Shown: one piece after another, positions 29,547 through 39,900 of the stretch
How the letters are laid out: each line of letters begins with the position of its first letter
Position numbering within the stretch: position 1 is the first letter of the stretch
From: an uncultured archaeon
GTDB lineage: Archaea > Thermoplasmatota > Thermoplasmata > Thermoplasmatales > Thermoplasmataceae
Direction: 5' to 3'
Assembly (NCBI GenBank): GCA_000965745.1
Contig: CP009479.1
Location: forward strand, 1,440,001-1,504,000
Length of the DNA: 64,000 nt
Notes under the pieces: model-generated
The model's input: the letters and a program-made list of their open reading frames with translations, nothing else
What the model was told of the DNA's origin: nothing
Databases searched by the model: none
Program-made: the position numbers and the translations under genes

Positions 29547-30371
29547 TTATTCAGCGTTTATGTCCGATATTCTGTCCCTGATCCATGGCAAAACCTCTCT
29601 GATGAAGGTAGGGCCATGATGTGCAAGGAAATCCAACGGCCCTGGAGTTACAAAGAATGCATTATTCTTCACTGAACTGAGGGAACCCCAGCCCCTCTTT
29701 TCTATCAATTCTTCCCTGTTCCTGTCAGTAAATCTGGAGTACATCTTGGGCTCATATAGAATAACTTCCGGGTCTGAGCTCACAACAAAATCAAGGTCCG
29801 GCTCAATCCACTCCCTATCTTCTCCCCCGTATATGTTCATTATTCCGAGCAGGGATAGTGCATCAGTGATATAGCTCCTGTAACCAAAGGTAACAGGTCC
29901 TCCGAGATCAATTTCAACATATGCTCTGATCTCATTGTTGGCTCTGAATCCGGAGATTTTGCTTATTAGTTCTCTTTCTATATCGGAAGCTTCGAATGGC
30001 CTTTCAGATACGATTCCCACCTTGTTTACCAGATCTATTATGCCTGCAACAGATGACGGGAGCTCGAAGACATAAACTGGAAACTTTTCCGAGAGCCTCC
30101 TGGAAAAATCCTCAGGGTATCCTGACACCGTGTATATTACATCAGGATTCAACTCTTCTATCACTTCTATTCTTGCCGACCCATAGCTCCCCACCTTCCT
30201 TATTCCGGATGTTCCAGGGGGACGGGAACAGAATGCTGAAACCCCTACTATCCTGTCCCGCAGTCCCAATTCAAAGAGAATTTCTGTTACAGCGGGGCTG
30301 AGGCTTATTATTCGCTTTACATCCTCCCGAACCTGGATTTTATCTCCAAGAGCTGTTATCAGAGTTCTCAA
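29547..30371 (-). CDS. Helical-backbone metal/cobalamin-binding protein (BtuF-like), no signal peptide
   Basis: RIISLSPAVTEILFELG..DRIVGVS.FC..P, LNPDVI, DPEVI. Confidence 0.82.
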   Translation of the reverse strand: MRTLITALGDKIQVREDVKRIISLSPAVTEILFELGLRDRIVGVSAFCSRPPGTSGIRKVGSYGSARIEVIEELNPDVIYTVSGYPEDFSRRLSEKFPVYVFELPSSVAGIIDLVNKVGIVSERPFEASDIERELISKISGFRANNEIRAYVEIDLGGPVTFGYRSYITDALSLLGIMNIYGGEDREWIEPDLDFVVSSDPEVILYEPKMYSRFTDRNREELIEKRGWGSLSSVKNNAFFVTPGPLDFLAHHGPTFIREVLPWIRDRISDINAE

Positions 30372-30396
30372 CCGAAACCCTCCCGCAAAGGGGACA

Positions 30397-31659
30397 CTAA
30401 TCTGCTGAAGTCTGGCCCAGCTTCCTTTCCACGTTTTTCTTTGAAGGAAGAAATGGAATGAGCACAGTTGATATTACCGAGAAGATAAGCATTACCCACA
30501 TTCCTTCAGTCAGTGGCACTTTAAGAAGCATCAGGCTGAGAAACGCGATTCCAACGCCTCCGCCCACAGTCTGTCCAACACCCCACACCATGGCGTTTGC
30601 TGTTGTGGAAAGGGTCTTTGGCACAATCTGGCCAACGTAGCCAAGAAGAATTGGGAAACCACTGAAAGTGAGGAACGCATAAAGCCCGTACAGTATCCCT
30701 ATGAATGTGATTCCGTAGACGAGACCCGTGGATGCAACATCACCTGCAAACAGGAGAAGGATGAAGAATACAAGTGCGGACAGTGCTGTGGAAACTCCAA
30801 CAGTGAACTTTCCTCCCCTTTTTGTCGTTAGCTTGCCAAACCATACCTGGCCGAAGATCGGAGGTATAAACGCAAGTGTAAGAACAGTGCCCATAATTGT
30901 TGAAGAACCAACGAGATCATCGATATATGTTGGTATGAAGGTAACTATTGCTATGTTGAACATAGACCTGAGGAATATCACGATTGTAATGGTCACTATC
31001 ATTCCCCAGTATATCTGCATCCCTTTCTTCTTGCCGACTACTATCTTGTCCTGCTCCTCGTCAACTGAGGTCCGGTAGTCTTTCCTTTTAAAGAACTTGA
31101 GACCTGCGAATATGATGCTGGCGGAGATTATGGTGTAGAAAGCTATTATGCTCAACCCTGTAAATCCGCCTATCAGTTCTATGAGGGTCACTATAACGAT
31201 TGGCATCGCAGCTCTCCCAACACTTCCAAAGCCACCGTTTATTCCCATTGCCGGTGGTGCCTTGTGGCTTCCATATGTGTGGTATATCACGCTTGCACCG
31301 AGTGGATGGTAGAAAGCCTGGCCTACACCAAGAAGCACTGCGGCGGATATGAGAAGCCAGTAGATGTATGACGGATAAAGGAAAGGCAGCGCGAAAAGCA
31401 TCATTGCCAGGGCCTGAATGCCGATCCCAAATGACAGAAGAAAAGAGTCCTTGTCGTACTTGTCAGCGATAACCCCAATTGGCGCACTGAGCGCTCCGGA
31501 CAGGACGTAATAGATCACTGCCATTATTCCGAGTGCTACTAGGTGCACGTTGGGAAGAAGGCTGTAGAACGTAATCAGGATTGGATAAAGCAGAAAATTT
31601 CCATCATTTACAAGATGGGCCATTGATGTGAAAACAAGCGATCTTATCTCCGCTTTCAT
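30397..31659 (-). CDS. MFS transporter (Fsr-like)
   Basis: HLVND, GVIADKY, AFYHPLG; about 12 TM helices. Confidence 0.88.
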   Translation of the reverse strand: MKAEIRSLVFTSMAHLVNDGNFLLYPILITFYSLLPNVHLVALGIMAVIYYVLSGALSAPIGVIADKYDKDSFLLSFGIGIQALAMMLFALPFLYPSYIYWLLISAAVLLGVGQAFYHPLGASVIYHTYGSHKAPPAMGINGGFGSVGRAAMPIVIVTLIELIGGFTGLSIIAFYTIISASIIFAGLKFFKRKDYRTSVDEEQDKIVVGKKKGMQIYWGMIVTITIVIFLRSMFNIAIVTFIPTYIDDLVGSSTIMGTVLTLAFIPPIFGQVWFGKLTTKRGGKFTVGVSTALSALVFFILLLFAGDVASTGLVYGITFIGILYGLYAFLTFSGFPILLGYVGQIVPKTLSTTANAMVWGVGQTVGGGVGIAFLSLMLLKVPLTEGMWVMLIFSVISTVLIPFLPSKKNVERKLGQTSAD

Positions 31660-31758
31660 TGACGGTATAGTTAAAAATTGTATTTAACAACTGCGTGGAA
31701 ATATTACGTCAGCAAGGGCTTTCAATGGTATGTGGACGGTAGAATGTTACGGGATTTA

Positions 31759-32073
31759 TTATTTGTACTTTATAGTCTCCATCCTGAAGGACTGTGCCAC
31801 ATACTCGCCGTTATTCGTCAAGAGAACCTTGTTCTTCTCCTTCTTTGCATAGTCGTAGCTTATGAGCTTCTCTATGCATGCATCCACGTCATTGACTTCA
31901 ACCTCACTCTTGACTCTGGCTTCCGGAACTATTCCACCATGGTTTCTTACAAACATGAGAACCTCTTTTTCATCGCTTCCGAGACCGAAAGAATCATGTT
32001 TGCTTCCCACGACTTCGACTATGTTGGTCGGAGCAACAAAAATTGTATTTTTTGAGCCTTTTTGCCTTGCCAT
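31759..32073 (-). CDS. Small hypothetical protein with a probable C-terminal winged helix (start likely MARQK at 32073)
   Basis: EKLISYDYA...VLLTNNG wHTH-like pattern. Confidence 0.55.
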   Translation of the reverse strand: MARQKGSKNTIFVAPTNIVEVVGSKHDSFGLGSDEKEVLMFVRNHGGIVPEARVKSEVEVNDVDACIEKLISYDYAKKEKNKVLLTNNGEYVAQSFRMETIKYK

Positions 32074-32272
32074 ACAGATCATCAGGTTAATTGCGGTGAT
32101 TGGGAATTGGTTACTCACATATAAATTCCAGTCATACTAGGTTTATTACGCTCAATGTGCCCTTGCATCAGGTAATCTCTCGGGGCAGTGCATTTATACC
32201 ATTTCTCCTGCAAACATGCATATATCTCTTTTCACTATATGGTTACAGAACCGAATGTTGCCCACGTTCCAT

Positions 32273-32346
32273 GCCCGAGTGGGGTAGTCTGGATATCCTC
32301 GAGGCCCGCGGAGCCTCAGAGCCGGGTTCAAATCCCGGCTCGGGCA
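32273..32346 (+). tRNA. tRNA-Arg(GCG), intronless, atypical C33
   Basis: GCCCGAG/CTCGGGC acceptor stem, GAGGC-CCGCGGA-GCCTC anticodon arm, CCGGG-TTCAAAT-CCCGG T-arm. Confidence 0.93.
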
Positions 32347-32483
32347 TCATAATAAAAGCTTGTTTCCAGCATAAATTCTTAAGTATTTACTGTCAGGGCA
32401 TTTGCAAACGGTTCATTACTGCCTCAGTTAACAATTAGGATTCCTGCTTATATATGCCTTTCAGAATAAGTAATTGCATAGAT

Positions 32484-32762
32484 ATGTCAGAGCGTGAAGA
32501 GGAAAGAACCAGGATCACAGGAGAGCAGAAAAGCAAGGGTCCGGGAATAACCAGCAGGTCTCAAATGAGGCTTGTGATAGCATCAATTCTGTCGGTCATT
32601 GCATGGGCTGTTTTCATACTTGTTTTCGCACTAGCATGGTCCGGAAGATTCAGCATTTTCCAGAACATAATTGTGACTATTGTCAGTCTGTTCATAACCG
32701 GGCTTGTGATAGGGCTTGTATGGGTAATCTGGGGTTCCAAAGAAAGCTGGAATGTACGGTAG
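32484..32762 (+). CDS. Small two-TM membrane protein
   Basis: Two hydrophobic helices after a charged N-terminus. Confidence 0.7.
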   Translation: MSEREEERTRITGEQKSKGPGITSRSQMRLVIASILSVIAWAVFILVFALAWSGRFSIFQNIIVTIVSLFITGLVIGLVWVIWGSKESWNVR

Positions 32763-32835
32763 GCAGAACCGGTTCGACCTCCCGTGGATATTGTCCTAGC
32801 AAGTCAATTATATTCCACACTCATTTAAGTTACAT

Positions 32836-34416
32836 ATGCAGACACGTTCAACCGTTATGGCAAGCAACGCTGTTGTTACAAGCTCACACCAACTTGCTTC
32901 ATTTCACGGAGCCGATGTTATCAGGAACGGCGGGAATGTTTTTGATGCGTTGATTACAACAAGCTCAGTGCTCACTGTTGTACAGAATAACCTGTGTGGC
33001 ATCGGAGGTGACCTGTTCGCACTCCTTCGTGGAAAAGATGGGGTTATAAGGGAGATAAACGGCAGCGGAAGAGCTTCCAGAAACGCAACAATTGATTTTT
33101 ACAGGAGGAGTGGCATGGATGAAATTCCCGACAGGGGCCCATTGGCAGGAATAACTGTTCCAGGAATAGTGGACGCATGGGGGGAAATCAACAGCAAATA
33201 CGGATCTATGGAAATATCCGACCTCCTGAAACCCGCGATCGAGATTGCAGAGTACGGATACCCTCTCACAAGAAAGTATGTTCAGTCAATAAAAGGGACC
33301 GCCAGGTTTCTATCGGACCAGAAAGGCTGGTCTTCCCTCTTCATGCCCAACGGGAGAATTCCCGGCGAGGGTGAAGTATTCAAGCAGAGGCATCTCGCAG
33401 AATCCTTAAAAATGATAGCTGAGGAGGGGCATGAAACATTCTACAGGGGCAGGCTTATGGAGAAAATTGTCAAGGGTACAAAAGAGAATGGTGGCATATT
33501 TGACGAGGAAGATTTCAGAAAGCATTATTCCACCTGGGACACGCCCTTGATGACAAGTTATCACGGTGTGGATGTCTACGAGACATACCCAAATACGCAG
33601 GGCGCTGCGATAATACTCTGGCTTAACCTTCTCGAACTCTATGGCGGGGACATCATGAACCAGCCAGAGAGCAAGACCCTGCCAATACTGCTGAAAACCG
33701 GTCTGAGGGCATATATGGCCAGATCGCTGTATATAACTGACCCTGCTTTTCATGACCTTCCCCGGGGATTTGAATCCAAGGATTTTGCTGAGATGATAAT
33801 GAACGAGCCTGTGGAAGAATGGAAGGCTCCGCCTGGGATTAAGGACAAAGGGGATACCACATATTTCTGCCTTACCGACAGGGAGGGAAATAGCGCATCT
33901 GTTATTCAGAGCAACTACATGGGCTTTGGATCAGGGCTATCACCCACAAAAACTGGTTTCATAATCCATAACAGGGGATCTTATTTTTCCCTCGACCCGG
34001 ATCACCACAATTCACTGCAGCCCGGAAAAAGGACTTTCCATACTTTGTGCGCAGCCATGGGCATAAAGGACGGCGAGATGTCATTCATAGCAGGGACAAT
34101 GGGTGGAGATATTCAGCCCCAGGTCAACGTGCAGCTGATTAACCGCATTGTAGACAGGGGGATGGACGTGCAGGATGCTCTAGATCATCCAAGGTGGGCT
34201 TTCTTTGGGACAATATATGAAAAGCCGTCAGTTCTTAGTGTTGAAGAGTCCCTCGCAGGCAGCATCAAGGGTGTTGATACTCAGGGGTTGAAGCTTGAAA
34301 AAATACCAGACATGTCATCAAGCACTGGGCACGCCCAGGCAATCGTTTTCGGAAAAAAGGGGGGGCTGTATGCAGGATCGGACCCAAGGGGAGACGGAAT
34401 CGCATCAGGATTCTGA
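32836..34416 (+). CDS. ggt: Gamma-glutamyltransferase family protein
   Basis: GGNVFDA, GIGGDLF, TVPG, GDTTY (nucleophile Thr), PGKRTFHTL, MGGDIQPQ, SDPRGDG. Confidence 0.94.
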   Translation: MQTRSTVMASNAVVTSSHQLASFHGADVIRNGGNVFDALITTSSVLTVVQNNLCGIGGDLFALLRGKDGVIREINGSGRASRNATIDFYRRSGMDEIPDRGPLAGITVPGIVDAWGEINSKYGSMEISDLLKPAIEIAEYGYPLTRKYVQSIKGTARFLSDQKGWSSLFMPNGRIPGEGEVFKQRHLAESLKMIAEEGHETFYRGRLMEKIVKGTKENGGIFDEEDFRKHYSTWDTPLMTSYHGVDVYETYPNTQGAAIILWLNLLELYGGDIMNQPESKTLPILLKTGLRAYMARSLYITDPAFHDLPRGFESKDFAEMIMNEPVEEWKAPPGIKDKGDTTYFCLTDREGNSASVIQSNYMGFGSGLSPTKTGFIIHNRGSYFSLDPDHHNSLQPGKRTFHTLCAAMGIKDGEMSFIAGTMGGDIQPQVNVQLINRIVDRGMDVQDALDHPRWAFFGTIYEKPSVLSVEESLAGSIKGVDTQGLKLEKIPDMSSSTGHAQAIVFGKKGGLYAGSDPRGDGIASGF

Positions 34417-34934
34417 ATATTCTACATACCCGATTAAACGAAAATAACCAGCTCGACTGTCCACGGAAAAAAAGGTGCGTTACGTCAAAAACTATACAAA
34501 CTGTGAAGAGGATTGCGGCATGGTATGCTCCCAGAACGTAATAGAACTAACGGGCGAGATACTTCCCGATCAGCATCCACGGCAAAACCCAAATGCCTGA
34601 GCGAGTATGAAAAACCATTGCCTGAAATGAAAATCCATTACCGAAGGCCATAGCAGAAACATGCTTGCTGAAAATAAAAGTGCCAGGACTGAAGCAGAAA
34701 CGATCCTTATTTCGTTGACGAATCTCTTCTAGTGTGGCCGGTCACGTCATCGCCGGCACATTTGGATGGTATCACTCCACAAGAAGGCGATCTTCAGGTC
34801 AGAATGCGGCCGATTTTTCCTTGAGGCAACTGTTTTAGCCTCTTTATTGAGGTACTTTGACAAATAGTGCTAAAAGTAAGGCTCTTAATTTAAATACTGA
34901 CAATCTGTATTTATTTACATGCCTGGTGACTCAT

Positions 34935-35069
34935 ATGTGCAACAAGTGTTTGATAGAGGAGGAATGTGTCTGCTTGAAAGAGGCCATGGCAAATCTGAAG
35001 TCAAAAGACGGGGCAGACTTCATACGAGACTTTTTGAGTAGGAAACGGGAAGGCCGAAAGAGCCTTTAG
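34935..35069 (+). CDS. Small Cys-rich protein, 44 aa (CxxC..CxC)
   Basis: ATG preceded by a GGTGA RBS; MCNKCLIEEECVCLKEAM... Confidence 0.55.
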   Translation: MCNKCLIEEECVCLKEAMANLKSKDGADFIRDFLSRKREGRKSL

Positions 35070-35144
35070 CTTCCCAATCACATATACTGGACTTACTCTT
35101 TCCGACGAGAGGTTTAACAACAACCAGCTATTATTAATAATCAC

Positions 35145-35933
35145 ATGTCAAAGGATCTGGAATCGGGCACAGGAAACAACCGTTCAGAAAATGTACTCCC
35201 TCCGTATGATCTTGAGATTGAGTCCTCACTGACCGGTAGAGTCAACCTCCTGCGCAATGCGCTCAAATTCAAGACAGTTTCAGGAAGCCCCTGCATTGTG
35301 TACGGTCATGATCATCCGATTCTTTACATTCCTGCTGATACTGTAAGGGAGGACCTTCCCGGCTATATAGGCACTGTATCAAAATCCCTCTATTTTCTGG
35401 CAATAAATGGTGGAAAAATCTCATGCCCCAAATGCCTGACAATTCTGTCCTCTCAATTCAGCTCTGCCCAATCGGGCAGCAGGACGGTGAAGGATTACGT
35501 CGGAGATCCTGAACTGCTGCAGCGCACCAGGCATCGTTACTCCTCCTCACACAACAGGTGGAGAAGGAACGTTCTGAAATCTTCCGGAAATAGTTGTAGT
35601 GTGTGCTCTGACAGTGAAAACCTTGAGCTTGCGCACATCACATCCGTGGAGGACTTCTTTTACAGGTACAAGAAAGGCAGATGGCTCAGATATCCGAACG
35701 CAAAATATCTCGGCGTGGAATACTCCTACAGGGAGGACAATCTCTCAATTCTCTGCAGGAGATGCCATGATGCCCAGACAGCTTCCTGGGACTTATTATG
35801 CGCTTTGGATGAACCTGACAAATTCCTTGAGGTTATCCACAGAAAGCACAAGGTAACGGATCTGTTTGAAAACATTATGGAAAGAAGAGGCTGGAGATCT
35901 GCCGAGGACCTCTTCCAGAGTAGGCTGTTCTAA
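35145..35933 (+). CDS. HNH endonuclease domain protein (zinc-binding)
   Basis: WRRNVL..CSVC...LELAHI...DNLSILCRRCHD; additional N-terminal CPKC. Confidence 0.8.
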   Translation: MSKDLESGTGNNRSENVLPPYDLEIESSLTGRVNLLRNALKFKTVSGSPCIVYGHDHPILYIPADTVREDLPGYIGTVSKSLYFLAINGGKISCPKCLTILSSQFSSAQSGSRTVKDYVGDPELLQRTRHRYSSSHNRWRRNVLKSSGNSCSVCSDSENLELAHITSVEDFFYRYKKGRWLRYPNAKYLGVEYSYREDNLSILCRRCHDAQTASWDLLCALDEPDKFLEVIHRKHKVTDLFENIMERRGWRSAEDLFQSRLF

Positions 35934-35952
35934 AAAACTCCAATGTACGGCA

Positions 35953-36705
35953 TTATCCGTACATGGTTTCAACGGGTCCCTTTTCCCCTTTCTTCATGAA
36001 TTTCTTGTACTGGTCCATGAGCTCATTCAACTGATCGTGAAATTCCTTCACATTTTCTTCCAGTATTCCCGTATCAATCCTGAACTTGAACACTGAATTT
36101 ACTGTCTGAATGAGTGAGAGCACTGCACCGGGATCTGGAATATTTATTGACGCCGGTGTGATAAGAGAAGTCCCCGCAACCTTTCTTGCAAGGCATTCAT
36201 TGAGCATGGCCCCTCCCATTCCTGTAATCAGGGCTGAATGGGCTGCCTCGATTCCATTCTTTGTAAACTGCTCGATTCTTCTTTCATTTGCTATGCAGTA
36301 GACCTTGTGTTCCTTGACGATCTCACCAGTTGGTGCACCCTCAAGCACTACAATTTCCTGCGGATTCTTGTCTTCCATCCAGTCCATCATTGCCTGTGAT
36401 ACTTCGTAAAGTCCATCGTCATCTATGGGGACCTCACATATCATCACAACGAGTGTACCACCTTTGTTTGTATATATCCTGAAAGGGGTCCTCAGTTTCT
36501 TGCCAATGAAGACTGCCATCGGCGGGATATGTGGCGATCTTACATGTCCAATCTGATGGAGCCCCATCCGCTCAATTATGTAACTTGCAGCAATGAATCC
36601 AGTAAGCGTGGGCCCAACAAACCCGCCGAGTACGACCGGGCTGTTGAAATCAGCCTTTTCAAGCTCCACAACAGTAGTGTCAAAAATATCTCTATGCCTC
36701 ACCAT
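35953..36705 (-). CDS. PAC2 family proteasome assembly chaperone
   Basis: GGFVG..TG.IA, PFRIY, ITGMGG, PDPGA. Confidence 0.88.
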   Translation of the reverse strand: MVRHRDIFDTTVVELEKADFNSPVVLGGFVGPTLTGFIAASYIIERMGLHQIGHVRSPHIPPMAVFIGKKLRTPFRIYTNKGGTLVVMICEVPIDDDGLYEVSQAMMDWMEDKNPQEIVVLEGAPTGEIVKEHKVYCIANERRIEQFTKNGIEAAHSALITGMGGAMLNECLARKVAGTSLITPASINIPDPGAVLSLIQTVNSVFKFRIDTGILEENVKEFHDQLNELMDQYKKFMKKGEKGPVETMYG

Positions 36706-36960
36706 GGTTACTCAACATAATCAATTTGAAGATGGTTAAAAAGTATTCTCCCTAATTGATACATGCATTATTCCTCTCATCCTCTACCTGCCCGTGCTAA
36801 AATGCCACTACAGTTTGCTCTATGGTCTCCAAGGGGCGAAATGTGCTTTGCCCACATGATGTTAATAATATACATTATGTTCAAATTCTTGTGCAGGTAC
36901 GATAGTATGTCTTTATGCAAGATATAAAGCTTTTAAATAACATCTAGATACAGAAGTAAT

Positions 36961-39900
36961 ATGGAGGCCCGATTCAAATCAATACTTATGGCAGCAATAT
37001 TCCTTGCTGCTGTGCCTGCCGGGTCCTCTCTTCTTTTCTCGAATCATACGGTAACTGCAGGCGTATCGGGCCAGGGTACCGGAACAGATGGCAACATCTC
37101 TGTCGCAGATTTTCTGAACCTTCTTGGCCACAGGTCAAATGGCACAGGAAGCCTGAATTATTCTATTACCAGCTATTATCAGGCCTTATCAGAAAAATAC
37201 CCTTCTCTCTCTAATTTCTCTGGGGCACCTGCATCAAATAATGTGGAATTCCAGGAAAGCGGCCTCCCAACGAATTCAACATGGTATGTATCACTGAACG
37301 GGATGAATTACTCCACAAATGAAACGTCCCAAACCTTATCACTACCTTCCGGAACCTATAGCTATCAAGCCGGGTCCTCCAGCTCGTATATGGCAAGGAA
37401 TCCCGCCGGGAGCTTAAATGTAACAGGAACTGAACTTCAGATTAACATCAGTTTCGAATCATCCCTTTCTGTAAAATACACCCTCTCATTGAAGAACGGA
37501 ACCTTGGTGAAGGGCAACTCAGCACCTTTGAACAGTACAAATTCACCAATCGGAATTCTTAGTGACCCGGTAAACAACTACACTTACGTTACTGATTCAT
37601 CAACGAATTTAGTGTATGTTATTGATCAGTCAGGAAGCATTATTGACCGGATCACTGTCGGCCAGAACCCAAGCCAGTTAGTGTTTGACAACAATAATGG
37701 ATACATCTACGTAACCAACTCAGGCTCCAACAACGTTTCTGTCATAAATGGGTCCAACAATGTTGTTGCATCCATAAGTGTCGGCGAGTTTCCTTTTGGA
37801 ATTGCGTACGACTCCTCAAACAACTACCTCTATGTTGCAAATGTTTTTTCCAGCAGCGTTAGCATTATCGGGTCATATTCAAATAACGCCGGAGAAGTGG
37901 TTGCAAATGTTCGGCTTCCGTCGGATTTTCTTCCGTTTTCATCAGTGTATGACAAGTCTGCAGGGATGGTATACTTCTCCAACGTCAATGGTAACCAGAT
38001 TGCAGAGGTTCAGGGAACCGAGCTTGCAGGATACATTACCGTAAAAGGGTCCCCAGCCATGATGGCATACGACGGGGTGAATGGAAACGTCTACGTCACT
38101 GATGCACAGACATCTGCAAGCACAGGTTATGGCTATCTTTCTGTCATTGGGAGCAGCGGCACAGTAAAAGCGAACATAACTATCCCCGGATCTGTTAACC
38201 CATTCGGCATCACCTACGACCAGAACAGAAACCTGATCTATATTTCTGACGCAAACTCCAACCAGATGATTGTTTTCAACCCTGACAACAGCCAGTTCAT
38301 CAACAGGATAAATGTTGGTTCTGAACCATATGGGGTATCTGTGAGCCAAACAGGGAACTCTGTGGAAATATCCAATTTCAATTCCGGGACAGTCTCATTT
38401 CTGGGATATGCCGGAGCCGTCCGTGCTGTTACATTCCTGGAATCCGGCCTCCCCTCCGGGACTCCCTGGGCGGTTTCAGTCAGGAACACCAGCCTGAGCT
38501 CCTCCACCGGCAGTATAATGTTCAATGAAACTCCTGGGCATTACACCTTCAGCCCCTCACATATAGATGGCTACAAACTCGGCATAAATACAAATTCCTT
38601 CAATCTTTCAGGTAAGAATCTTGTAATCCTGGTTACATACCAGAAACTGTTTCAAGTGAACATATCTGAATCTGGCCTGTCATCAGGTTCCCCCTGGGGA
38701 TTCACCCTTGATGGGAGTACCTACAGCACCTATGCCACCTACCTCAACCTGCCTCTTGTGAATGGCACTTATTCCCTTGTGCCTTATGCCCCATCTGCAA
38801 ACTTCACAGCTGGATCTACTGATTTCACTGTAAATGGTGCGAATATTTCTGTTAACATCCAATATGTCAGGGCATACTCCCTGAACTTTACAGAGTCCGG
38901 CCTGAAAGGAGGCACCCTGTGGTCAGTTGTGGTAAATGGAACCAAGCATACCAGCCAAACCGGGACAATTCACATGATGCTTACGAAGGGGGTATACAAT
39001 TTCACGGTGCTGAATGTAAAAGGCTACTCACTATCAAACAAGACAGGTCGGGTACAGGTAACTGGAAGCTCAAATGATGTGTTCATCAAATTCAGGGCCC
39101 TGTTCAGCGTGGAGTTCATCGAGAATGGCCTTTACCCCCACACTCAATGGAATGCAACCCTGAACGGGACAAGCAGGAATGCATCAGCCGACACCATAAG
39201 TTTTCTCGCAGTTAACGGAACATACCAATTCACGCTTGGAGTGCCGGAAGGCTATCTTATTGACAGGAACAGCGGCACCGTGGAGGTTTCAGGAGCCAAT
39301 GTAACAGTCACGGTGCATTACACAAGGCTCTACAACACAACTATAACAGAAAAAGGGCTGGCAAGGGGAACAGGCTGGTGGGCAGAAATTGGCGGCTTGA
39401 ACCTCACTGGTAACGGCACTCAAATTCATTCCAGTCTGACTAATGGGACATACACGTACAAGGTCTCCAAAGTTCCGGGCTACAAGCTTGTTAACGGTTC
39501 AGGCTCCTTCACCATATCCGGGAACAAAGCATATGTCGCTGTGTCGTATGAGAAGATCTACGCAATCAGATTTGTTGAGTCAGGCCTTCCCTCTATCTAC
39601 TCATGGTCTGTCCTGTTCAATGGATCAGAATATAACATCAGGGGAAACTCCACGTTTATCCAGGCAATAAATGGGTCATACAATTACAGTATAGGATCAG
39701 TCTCACAATATGTTCCAACAAATCCTGGTGGAATAGTAAACGTATCAGGATCGAATGTTACGGTCTCCCTCACCTTCATAAAGATGATGGGCACTCTCAA
39801 CTTCACAGAGAGGAATGCGCCTGCGGGGGCGGAATGGTACATTCTCTTGAATGGAACATACTATCACTCCTCACAGAACGGCTCATTATACATTAAGGAG

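Noticed and set aside
32100-32438. 112-aa ORF
   Set aside because: Runs through tRNA-Arg; spurious
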